From contig NC_086097.1 of the NCBI RefSeq assembly GCF_963921235.1, forward strand, positions 217,374,001 through 217,438,000: 64,000 nt of DNA, given 5' to 3'. This document shows, in pieces, positions 12,412-23,559 of the stretch; within the stretch, counting starts at the first letter, position 1; every line of letters begins with the position of its first letter. The position numbers and the translations under genes are program-made. This DNA comes from Mobula hypostoma. Its lineage: Eukaryota. The notes beneath the pieces were generated by a model. The model did not search any database. It had not been told where the DNA came from and saw nothing but the letters and a program-made list of their open reading frames with translations.

Positions 12412-13364
12412 CCTGAGAAAGCCATGAACTTTATCTCCAGTTGCAACCACTGACTTCTGTTGTTGGCATCACAGTAGCCTCCCTTACAAATGCCAATCTT
12501 CTCCAGCAACTAAGATTAGAGGGATGGCCTGACCTAGGCAGTGTGAATGTGGCTTCATATTTTTTCCCCACCTTTTCACAATGGACTGCACTGAGCTCCA
12601 AGATATGCTCATCGCCCTTGAGATAGTCCTATACCTTTCCCCAGATTTGTGCTTCTCTATTATAATTTCTATCTTTTGTCTTCATTTTGGTTTGGTCTGT
12701 TGGAAATCTATCATACTGTTGAACAGAGAGAGGGGGCATTTACTCTTATGTATTCATTGAAAACATGTAATCCTCCAATTTTCTACATCAACAAATTGGG
12801 TGAGTTAATAAGGTAATAATATATTGTGCCCAAGGAAAGTTTGCATAGTAATTATAAAGGAATTACAAAATTCGTTTTCAACCTCACAATTTTGGTTTTT
12901 TTTGGATTTTGGAATTTGTTTTTTGTTTTGACCATGATGCAGTGTTTTTGTCGATTAACTCAAAAATTCCTACTTCAATATACTTTACATTCAGAAACTG
13001 AGACAGTGAAAATATGAAAATATTTGTGGGGCTGAATACTTTTTCAAGGCACTGTATCTATTTTTGCCTTCCAGATGCAAAATTTGTTTGTTCAGGAGGT
13101 CATAGGTGCAGCAGCCTTAATAAAACCAAACTCTAAAATGCCAAGCATTGCAAGCAAAGATATCTTTTTATTCCAATAAACATTGCCCCAGATCCTCCTT
13201 CTGATTAAAATTTCTTATCCCTCACCAATCCCCAAATACCTTCACCCATGAAATACTTAACCAGATCCCTAATCTTTTACATCAGTTCACAAAACACACA
13301 TCAGCTGCATAGTAATATAAATAGTCGAGCTGGTGCCTCACAACTCCAGAGGAAAATCACTTAC

Positions 13365-13436
13365 ATGAAAATGACTAGCAATGAAATTCCAATCTTCTGT
13401 TCCATGTTCTTCTACCAACTTCTTTAACTTCTCATC
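13365..13436 (-). CDS. MYBL1: MYBL1 coding exon 3
   Basis: cag|DEKLKKLVEEHGTEDWNFIASHFH|gtaagt; 72 nt, Myb R1. Confidence 0.95.
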
Positions 13437-13762
13437 CTGCTTAACACAAGGTAAAAATAAAATTCCAATTAGTAGATGAAAGCTACAGTGATTATGGTAG
13501 AAACTAGCGCAATCAAGATTTGTTTAAAAATCCAGCAAAAGCATCTGTAAAATGGGATAAACATTATAATTCAAACAGGAACCAGGTTACACCTTTAGTC
13601 TTTCAACAGTTTAACACTGCAGTCAAATTAGATTCATAATAAAATTAATTCCTGTAGTGAGTTGATGATAAATGAATAATATGAGCTTAATATGTAGTAC
13701 TAAATTTACAAGTTACAAATCAAAAAGCCATGCACACATTCTATTAGGATATACAGATTTAC

Positions 13763-13868
13763 CTCATCAGGTATCCATTTAACTTTCTTACAGAGCTTCT
13801 TTGTACCTTTCTGTTGAGGGATGACATAATCACGATCTTGGAACAGATGTTCATCATCATCATCTTCA
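13763..13868 (-). CDS. MYBL1: MYBL1 coding exon 2
   Basis: cag|T GAA GAT... encodes (S)EDDDDEHLFQDRDYVIPQQKGTKKLCKKVKWIPDE|gtaaat; 106 nt, acidic N-terminus and start of Myb repeat R1. Confidence 0.95.
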
Positions 13869-16800
13869 CTGTTTCCAAAAGACAGATGTTGATATATTAT
13901 TTTATACCTTGAAATCAATTAGCACAATTTACGATAAAAGTGTTGAATAGAAACCCATTTTACTTAGTTTTGCCTCCTCTCCTCAGAACATTTGAAGTGA
14001 AAGTACATCAGGAAAAAAAAAAGAATTTTGAAGATGTCCTTATACAGAGCAAGCTCAGTATTTTTTTGTCGAAGTCCAATTACAAACCAAGTATAAATAG
14101 AAATTGTCATCCATTTACAAATATTTCAAGTCAGCAATACCATTGTGCTTTAATTAATCCACAAGAAAATTGCCAATATGAGGTTAACCCTTTAGGCATG
14201 CAAAATTCAAACAGAAAAAAAACCCAACAAAACAAGTAACGCATATAATCTACTCGTAATTCAAACTACCAGCTAATCTTATTATGTAGAGTTCCTCCCC
14301 AGGTTATGACAAGGTTCTGTTCCCGAGAACTATTTGTAATCCAAACAGTTCCAAAGCCAGAAATGTGGCCAACCCAACTATTATCCATATTAATGCCTGT
14401 ATTCTGAATGGAATAAACGATTGAACTGTTTCATACATGCTATACGAAAATAAAACTTGTACTGTACTGTGGTCTCAACCTTGTGCCAGAACTGAGCTTC
14501 CACATGGCAGAGGATGCCTGCAACCCAGTGGCAATCAGAAAACTCATCCTGCCAGTCCCCCAAATGCACATACGTAATCATGAGCATTTTAAACATGGGG
14601 AGAACATGTACTTCAACCTTACTTTCCTGTTAACTATAATGCTTAATTTAGATCACTGAAAGCTGAGTAGAAAAAGTGATGGAATTATGAGAGGCATGTA
14701 AAAACAAAGTTTCTTCACCATTTTAGGCCAAACTAGCATATGCTATAGTACAATTCATTCCTATATAATCTTTCTCAAATGAGCAACTTCTGGATCGTAT
14801 CTTTTCAATCATTCCTAGTGAACTACATCATTGAAATGCCCAGTCTTTTCTCATTAACTTAAGCAGTTATTATTAAAGATCAATATTGCACCTCACAGCC
14901 AACAAGATTTCCAATGGATGAGAGCACCTCAGCAGGGCAAATTGGAAACTGTACAGCTTCCACTTCCTGTCTAAAACTAAGGCCAACCCAACCATATGTC
15001 AAGCTGAGGACTGTCCATGCTAAGCTCCGAGCCAGTGATTTATTAAATGAAACATACAAGAGAAATGGGTTTACAATAAACATATGGGGGAAAAAAGCCT
15101 CCCTTCCAACCTATTCCCACATCATATCATCTCCTAAAACTATCCTAGAAAATGTGAACTATATCTTGAGGTGCCTCAGAGCAAAGGTAGTCCCGATGAT
15201 GAAATTTGCCATCACCTTCAGTGATGGAAGCATAGTAAAGGGAGAAAAGAAATGAGTACAATTATTAAGTTGCATTTTTTTTTAATGCATTTTCAAGCTA
15301 ATTTGGATTTAGTGTTGTGGACAAGTAGTTATTAGGTTTTGTTGTAATTTCAGGAGTGGGCCTGGATAATCTTCTGCTTCATGTATGATTGAAGATTCAC
15401 TACATTTGACATTCACTGAACCTTCCCATCAATGAAGATACAGTTGCACAGAAAGTAGGAGAAGGGCAAGCCATTTAGCCTGTACAGCTTGCACCATCAT
15501 TCGTATGACCATGGGTAATTGTATTGAGAGGCTCTTTGGTACATTACGTATCAGTTCTTAAATGGCTTGAAGAGGCATTGCATAGGTTTGATCTGATCCA
15601 TTAGTTCTGAGATTGCAGAATGATCTGCAGTTCTTCCACTTTGCACATAGTACATTTAGTACTGTAGTTAATCAGTGTTGCTGTGGGCAGGGCTCACCGC
15701 ACTGTGCAGGATTCCACTATTGGAATGGCCTATTAAAGCTCAGTATTTCTAAATTTTTAAGAAGCTCTCCAGGAGACTAAAATAACGTTCAATACCTGCA
15801 ACTCAGGTTATCAGAAAGTCTGCAAGAAGCAACAACAATGTCCAATGGTCCATAAATTTCTCATTAGTATCAAGTTAATTGAAACTGAGTTGCAGATGAT
15901 CCTTCCAAAGAGGTCACTTTCCATACTGAAGCTCTGCTCTTAGCAGTCAAGCTGACTTTAATAGGAGCCCTGTTGACTTCCTGATTAAAGTAGTCAGGGA
16001 CCTACTGTTTTAATTTTTATAAGCACAACTCACCTTTTCAATTTTAAAATTCCTCTTGCTTTGCTGCTCAGGCAGGACACTAATCCTGTTGACAGATGCA
16101 AATGTTCTCTCATCTGCTAAACAGATTGTTCTATTTAATACACTCAAGACCCCCAATTAAGTACAGCAGTCTATGAGTGATTTAAAACCAAAAGTAAATT
16201 AAAATGAAACAAAATTAAAACATCAAAAGGGAATAATCAAGGGGGAATAAATTGACAACAGATACAAAGGTTGAAAACATTAGGAATGAGAACTCCTCCG
16301 ATTATAGCAACTAAAATGATTCCGATAACAATATTGACAAATTCAGTTTCCAATCCTCATGATTATTTATAAGAATATCTCAGCCATCATACACAAAAAA
16401 ATGCATCTTTGTAAAATTTAAGAGATGTAGATGGGCAAAGAGGTTGAAACTGAAAGACTACCAGACAGCTCTTAGTTTATATATTCCCTAGATTTATGAC
16501 TGAGAGGTTTAAGTCAAATACACTGATAATTTATATAAGAGCAGAGCACATAAAGCACCCTCATGATTATTATCCTAGTATCATTGAAATCTAAAAAGAG
16601 GTTAAGGAAATAAGTTGATCCACAGCACTCAAGAGACACACCCAGAAATACTGAAGATATTTGAATTCATATTACAAATAAAAACAAACTTCCTTTAATG
16701 AGTTCAATACAGTCACAATCCAATGAACCAAAAGAAGTCTATTCCCAATCTGTAACAACCTTAAACAGATTATAGATCGCTTGAAAAGCAAATCAGCGAA

Positions 16801-17202
16801 TCCTGACAATTTCCTACTTAATTATCACCGATGGACAGATGTAATCATACTATAAATAATCATAACCTGGTTCCAACTGCACACTGCCCATGACAGTAGC
16901 CATCCCTCTATAATCATTTACTGAACTTTCCCCATTTCTCTCATCAATTCACTTCTTCATCTTCCACAGCCTGTGGAAAATGGAATAGTGAAAATGGGCA
17001 AAGGAAAGTGGAACAAAGTGATTTAAAACACAACTGCATTTCTTCCAAATAACAATTACAGCATATGTTCTTCATACATCAGTGATTAACTTTCCATATT
17101 TCACAACCTTCTGGTTGAAAAATCCCCCCACCCCCTACTGCCAAACTTCTTTAAGTCACCTTTACCTGACATCAAACCTGGTCACTTTAGTTATATAGAA
17201 TA

Positions 17203-17420
17203 ACACACACAAAATGCTGGAGGAACTCTGCAGGTTAGAGTGTATCAATGGAGAGGAAGAAACAGTCAATGTTTCAGACTGGGTTCCTTTATCAGGACTG
17301 GAAAGGAAGGGGGAAGAAGCCAGAATGAAGGGAGGGGAAGGAGTACATCGTGGCAGGACCAGATGAGCACATGGTTGAAGAGTCGGAGAGCAGCAGAGAA
17401 CACAGAGAAGGAACAGTAAG
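17203..17420 (-). mobile_element. Old Penelope terminal-repeat fragment
   Basis: Minus strand CAGTCCTGATAAAGGAACCCAGTCTGAAACATTGACTG (17300-17263), a degenerate form of the same motif with CAGTC/GACTG stem I. Confidence 0.65.
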
Positions 17421-17709
17421 AGAGGCCTCTGTCAGCCCCATCAACTCTAAGGAAAAAGAAGCCTATCCAGTTCCATCTCATACCTGAATGCTCCACACCA
17501 GGAAACACCCTGGTGAACCTCCACTGCAATCACATCCATCTTTCTTATAATGTGATAACCAGAACTATGCACTGTGCCCTGGCAGTAATCCAACTAATGT
17601 TTCATAAACTATCACCATGTAAAACTTTTCTTTTACATTCTGTTCCCTGGCTATTAAAGACAAGTATCCCATATGCCATCTTAACCACTATAACAACAAC
17701 TTGCCTATC

Positions 17710-18436
17710 ATAACAATAGGTCTGTGGTAAACAGAATTTCAATTGCTCTTCACACAGCTCTAGATCACCTGGACAATACAAACAGCCATGTCAGGATGCT
17801 ATTCATTGACTACAGTTCAGCGTTCAGCACCATTTCTACAATCCTGATCAATAAGCTACAGAACCTGGGCCCCTGTATCTCCTTCTTCAATTGGAGCTTC
17901 TTCATCCTAACCGGAAAATCACAATCTGTGCAAATTGGTAATAATATCTCCTCCTCATTGACGATCAACACTGACGCACCTCAGGGATGTGTGCTTAGCC
18001 CACTGCTCCACTCTCTCTATACCGATGATTGTGTGGCTAGATATAGCTCAAATGCCATCTATAAATTTGCCAGCTAGCTAACTGATGTCACAGCAAGAAC
18101 CTTGCACTCGACTTCAGTAAGACCAAAGAGCTGTTTGTGGACTTCAGGAAGGGCAAGCCTAGGGATCACAAATAAATCCGCATAGAGGTATCAGAAGTGG
18201 AGAGAGTAAGCAATTTCAAGTTCCTGGGTGTCAAGATCTCCAAGGACCTAACCTGGTCCCAATATATCAATAAGAAGGCAAAACAGCGGTTATACTTCAT
18301 TAGGAGTTTGAGCTTTGGTTTGTCACTTAAAACACTTGAAAAATTCTACAGATGTACCGCACCCTGGTATGGGGGTGGGAAGTGGGGAGGTGAGGGAGGA
18401 GATCTACTGCTTATGATCGAAAGAAGCTACGGAAAG
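17710..18436 (+). mobile_element. Rex1/Babar-type LINE fragment
   Basis: VRMLFIDYSSAF, PQGCVLSPLL, FKFLGV.IS.DLTW, KAKQRLYF. Confidence 0.85.
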
Positions 18437-18840
18437 CTTTACAGATTTACAAGGATGTTGCCTGGATTGGGGAGCATGCCTTATGAAAATAGGTTGAGTG
18501 AACTCGGCCTTTTCTCCTTGGAACGATGGAGGATGAGAGGTGACTTGACAAAGGTGTACAAGATGATGACAGGCATTGATTGTGTGGATAGTCAGAGACT
18601 TTTCCCTAGGGCTGAAATGGTTAGCATGAGAGGGCATAGTTTTAAGGTGCTTGGAAGTAGGCACAGAGGAGATGTCAGCGGTAAGTTTTTTTAAAAAACG
18701 CAGAGAGTGGTGAGTGCGTGGAATGGACTGCCGGAGGAGTGGTGGAAGCGGAAACGAAAGGGTCTTCTAAGAGACTCCTGGATGGCTACATGGAGCTTAG
18801 AAGAACAGAGGGCTATGGGTAAAGCCTAGGTAGTTCTAAG
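18437..18840 (+). mobile_element. CR1 LINE 3' fragment
   Basis: RFTRMLPGL...LGLFSLERWRMRGDL; related to the copy at 46520-46877. Confidence 0.85.
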
Positions 18841-20454
18841 TTGGTGGAATCTTACAAGAAAACATTCAAAAATGGCTCCTAACTGAAGCTCAACTCACAT
18901 TTAAAAGAACAGTTGAAATTGCTGTATCAATGGAACCAGCAGAGACGAAATTGAGTTGCATTCAGCAATGAAAGTGAACAAAATTGCAACATCCAAACAG
19001 AAACTGGCCTGGCAGAACAAACTGTGTTGCCATTGTAGTGGGGGCTCACATACACCAGATCAATGCAGGTTTAAAGTCAAAACTTGCAGAAAATGCAACG
19101 AAGTAGGGCACATACAAAGAGCATACTGGTTAGAAAAAAAAAATTGGATTGCATACGGAAGAGAAAAATCTAAAAAGCCAAGTTGCAGTTTCAAAAAGAG
19201 CAACAATCTGCATGCTGTTGATGAAAATTTTGATAATGGTAGGAGTGACACAGTACTGAGTAAGAGATTTACAATGCGAAAACTAACAATAGACAAGCAA
19301 TTCGGCTTACACGAGAAGAGAACAGCAAATTAATTAAAATGGAATTAGACCCTGGCTCAGCAATTTCAGTCCTTCCACAAAATGAATTTTAATGACATTT
19401 CAAAGATACTGAACAGAAGCCTGCAGATATCCAACTAAGAACTTATACCGGAGAAAATATAACTCTTGTGGGAATGACAATGTAACGGTGAAATATAACA
19501 ACTAACAGGCCACATTGGGCTTGTATGTGATTAAACAAAAAGGCCAGTATTGTGGGGTCATGATTAACTGAGACAACTACGACTTGATTGAAGATCCATC
19601 CCACATCTCCTGCAATAGTTAAGTGAAAGTCAATTTAATAAAAGTAATGCCACAGCAATGTTCAAAAATGACATTGCAAAACTCAAATATATTAAGGGTA
19701 AAATAGTTTTCAATGAAAATGCCACACTCAAGATTTACAAAACCTGTCCAGTTCCTTGTATGATCTATAATAAGGTAGCCAGTGAGCTAGATCACATGGA
19801 TGTTAAAAGAACTTTTTCCAAGGCTGAGTGGAGCCCATGGGCAACAACAGTAGTCCCAGGAACCTAGAAAAATGGGTCTGTCAGGATCTGTGATGATTTT
19901 AAGGGCACCATCAACACAGTACTGAAAGTAGATCAATACCCTCTGTCCAGGAAAGAGAATATCCTTGTAAATCTATATAGATAAAAACACTACAGCAAAG
20001 TGTAACTAGCTGAGGCCTACCTATAGATGGAGATGGAAGCATTTCCCATGATAAATACTCACAAAGCCACTATAATCGGCTGATTTTTGGAGTAGCCTCT
20101 GTACCTGCACTCTGGCAGAAAGCTATGGACCATGTGCTCCAAGGTTGCCTACTCAGCGTTACCTGGATGACATCATTGTTACTGGTGTGGATAACCAGGA
20201 ACTTTTTCAAAATCAAGCTAAGCAAGGAGGAGTGTATGTATTTAACATTTCAGTAACATGAGTAATATTGTAAATATTGTTTGATTAAATATTCGTTCTT
20301 GTTTATATAATTCATATGTGAAAGTACACGAATTTCATATGTCATTACCACATCATAACTGCGCACCTCACAAAAGAAACGACTTACACTATTTATCCCC
20401 AGGTCCGTGTTTTTCTTTCAATGGTTTTGTGTCTTGGAGTTACAAAATATAACA
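18841..20454 (+). mobile_element. Gypsy (Mag-like) LTR retrotransposon relic with 3' LTR
   Basis: gag with a double zinc knuckle (CHC...H...C..CRKCNEVGHI), protease MELDPGSAISV, RT remnants (WATTVVP, VRIC.DFK, YLDDIIVTG), then a purine tract AAGGAGGAG and LTR TG(20233)...CA(20454). RNase H and integrase are deleted. Confidence 0.85.
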
Positions 20455-20864
20455 CAAGCCATCTGACTTAATATAATTTATGAATATATTTGATTAGTAT
20501 ACATAGACATTCACTTTTCAAAAAATGTGCAAAAAAATAGAATTTTAATACGAAGCTTTGATAGATCAAATTAACTTACAGAACCTGTTCATCCAGCAAG
20601 CTGTTTTAGCAATGAGCTTTAAAACTAGTTTGAAAACATATGTTATTACACCGGCTTTTGATTTTAATAGTAGAGCGCAATTTGGTACTTGAAAGGTGCT
20701 TGACATTTATGCCACACACCAACTTTTCGGACATTTTACACCATCAAGATGAACCTCCAGAACTATTGCTCACAAAGTGCAAATATTTAATTCTATACAT
20801 GGTTTTAAAATAAGTGATATTATCAGAGTAAACATAAAAAGCAACACTGAGAGAAAAAAAATAC

Positions 20865-21250
20865 AAAGTATACCGACAGGTTGCATCATGATCCGGCATG
20901 GCAATTTGAACGCACAGAAACGTAAGAAGCTACAGAATAGTGGACACTGCCTAATGTGATCACAGGCACATCACTCACTATCACTGACAGTGTCTACAGA
21001 AGATGCTCCCTCAAGAAAGTACCGACTTTCAAAGATCCCCATGCCACGCCATTTTTTTTTCAGAACTACCAACAGACAGGAGGTATCTTAAGTCCAATAT
21101 CAGGTTCAAGAACAACTACTTCCTTTCAAACATTTGATTGTTGAACTAACCAGCAAAACCCTAATCACTATGGTTAAGCAACACTATGATCACCTTGTTC
21201 TAAAGTTATTTCTTGTAAAAACTGTATAATTTAATGTTTAATTTAATAAA
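20865..21250 (+). mobile_element. Rex1-type LINE 3' remnant
   Basis: SI.TGCI..HGNLNAQKRKKLQ; KDP.HA; AATAAA tail. Confidence 0.6.
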
Positions 21251-22149
21251 CAATCAGTGGATTTAAGGCAAATTCTTAAGATTCCTCACTTTACAGTTTG
21301 GTGCCAATTACGCACAAATAATTTTAATTCAGCGAACCTTAAACCAAAAATCATGTGATCACATTGCCATCTTAGTAACAAAACAAAAAGATTATTCATC
21401 GTTAAAAAATATGAACTTTTTGGAAGATAACTTTGCAAGGATTTCTTTGAAAATCAATTGTTTCCATACCTATTCAGATATTGATTATGTACTTTGGATA
21501 TATGGAGAAGGGGCTGGGGCGAATTTCGTATAAACTGTTCACATAAATAACTTTGACTGAGGACAGTTAATCACTTAGGAGGGATAACAAACATCCGCGA
21601 ATCAAAATAGATGGAATTTCTGCGACTTATTTTACAATACTGTATCCCACTTAACTGTTGTTTATTAAAACAACGAACTTCAAAAATATATTTGAAGAGG
21701 GATGCACCGAGATTTCTCTTGGGAAATGGTCCATCTAGTTGCTCTTGGTCTCATTCCAATCCACTAATCTAATTTTGTCGCAAACGTCCGATCGTTCAAC
21801 CCGACTATATACCAGAAAGCTAAAAACTGAAACAATTTCAACTAACCCTGAAGAATGGCAGCTCTCCCTGATTTTACTTTGGCGGAGTCCGCTGATCGGT
21901 TTCAAAACGATGTAATACAGCACGCCCAGTCATGCATGATGTGGCAAACTCTTATGTACAAGGACATATGGGTGACAGATTAAAGTGTTTACAGAAGTAC
22001 ATTTAACCAAATTGGCGCGTTACACCTAGTGCCCTTTGACTTCAGCGGTTTTCCTGGCAAAGGTTAGCGTCCTTGAACGATTTGTTTTGAATGCAAAATC
22101 CCCTTTGGCAATAAAAAATACAGCAGGTATAAGAATCAAAAAACAATCC

Positions 22150-22900
22150 TGTGTTTTTTTTCCTGACTGTGCAGACGTCGCAGCGTCACTAAAACTTGCC
22201 GAAGACAGCTGGCAGCAGGCGCAACTCCTTTGGCATAAAAATGAAGAGGAGACGGTGGGTGTAGGAGTAGGGACTCCTCCCCGATCACAGAGAAGCCGCC
22301 GGCTACGCACTCACCTCCGAGCTCGCTTGGCCATCACTGTCAGTGAGCACTTCTCCCCGGTACCTACAGTCACTCACGCCGGGTCTCCGGCGAAGTCGGC
22401 GCTTAATAATCACTTCGCTGTGGCGCTGGACACCAGCTGGCCAAGGGTCACTGCTTGCTGACTCAGTGCCAAGAGTGGAGTCAACATATTCCCGGGCGCC
22501 GTGTCTCCGCCAGCCCTCCCCGTAGACACTCTCACTCTCCGGCTCCGTTTCTATGTCCCGCCAAATCTCGCGCCAGCCTCCCTCTCAAACATTCGCCAAC
22601 AGCATTTGAATGTGCGCACGCGTCCCGGCCGTTCATAGGCTTGAAACCAGCCGGGTGGGCGGGTGTTCGCAGGAACTGGAGCGTAAATGGCGGGAGGCGG
22701 TACCGAGCGGCGCTGCGGCCGCGGTGCATCTTGGTCATTGTAGTTCCACTCGCGCCTTGGCACACTTTCATTTGTCGGGGCGCGAAATGATCGGCAGCAG
22801 TGCCATCTTGTGGGCTGCTGCCCGTATAGTCCTCGGCGCTTGGGCAAGTTTTTCAATAAATTGAATACGTTCTCAATGCAAGGTTTCCACCGCAACGTCG
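22150..22900 (-). promoter_or_regulatory. CpG-island promoter / 5' UTR of MYBL1
   Basis: The most CpG-dense non-TE segment, spanning the start codon. Contains E2F-like sites (TTTCGCGC 22787-22780; TTTGGCGGGA ~22565-22556), CHR-like TTTGAA 22605-22610, NRF1-like TGCGCACGCG 22613-22622, ZNF143 SBS-like ACTACAATGACCAAGATGCA 22744-22725 and YY1-like GCCATCTT ~22802. Confidence 0.85.
22315..22334 (-). CDS. MYBL1: MYBL1 (A-Myb) coding exon 1 (MAKRAR-S)
   Basis: ATG GCC AAG CGA GCT CGG AG|gtgagt on the minus strand inside the CpG island. Matches the A-Myb N-terminus MAKRSRSE, and phase 2 joins exon 2. Confidence 0.93.
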
Positions 22901-23559
22901 ACCGCTCATTCCTTCCTCAGATGCTCGACCTACTGAGTTCCCCCAGATTGTTTTTTGTGTGTGTTAGTCAGGCTATTTGTTGCTTCAGCATTCGCCAGTC
23001 TCTTGTGACTCCATAAAATATAACCCCCCCCCCGAAACATCTCTCATCCTGTTGCTTCTTTTATTTTCCGTCCTACCAAGTGAGCGATGTTTGGAGCTGT
23101 ACTCAGTTGCGGAGAGCTGCTTCAGTGATGAGATCGTGAAGGAATTAACTTTTAGCAATTTCCTTCTCATCTCCCGGAAATATTTATGCTCATACACGAC
23201 AATTCACGGCCATCTAGTTCCAAACCATCAGTTCTGCTGCTTTCACGCTATTTCATTCAGTTCCATTCACTGGGCCTGAGGCGTAATGGTAAACTTGCAG
23301 GAAAAGGAACTAAAGAGATGCCTCAGGAACTAACTAACACTGCTCAGGAAAAGCAGCGAAAAAGCGGAGGACTGGCTGGGAGGGTTGAGCCGAGACCCTT
23401 CATCAAGACAGGAAAGGTTGGTGGCAGAAGGTGAGGACAAGAGAAGGAGTGCAAGCTGGGATTTGATAGGTGCGACCAGATGATGGGGAGGTGGGTGGTT
23501 GTGGCTGGGAGTAAAGGGGTAAAGGGCTCAGAGGAAGGTATCTGATAGGATAAGAACTC

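Larger units (their letters stand above)
10447..13054 (-). mobile_element. Tc1/mariner transposon (decayed)
   Basis: TA|CAGTGATTTGTAAAATTATTCAGC left end, GCTGAATACTTTTTCAAGGCACTG|TA right end, and an inner repeat at ~10651. Transposase remnant TVKYGGGSSMLWGCFSAA...KIDGKMNAAKY. Confidence 0.85.

Noticed and set aside
22026..23016. Overlapping ORFs of 60-140 aa around the CpG island
   Set aside because: Expected in GC-rich DNA; no recognisable domains; they overlap the MYBL1 promoter and exon 1.
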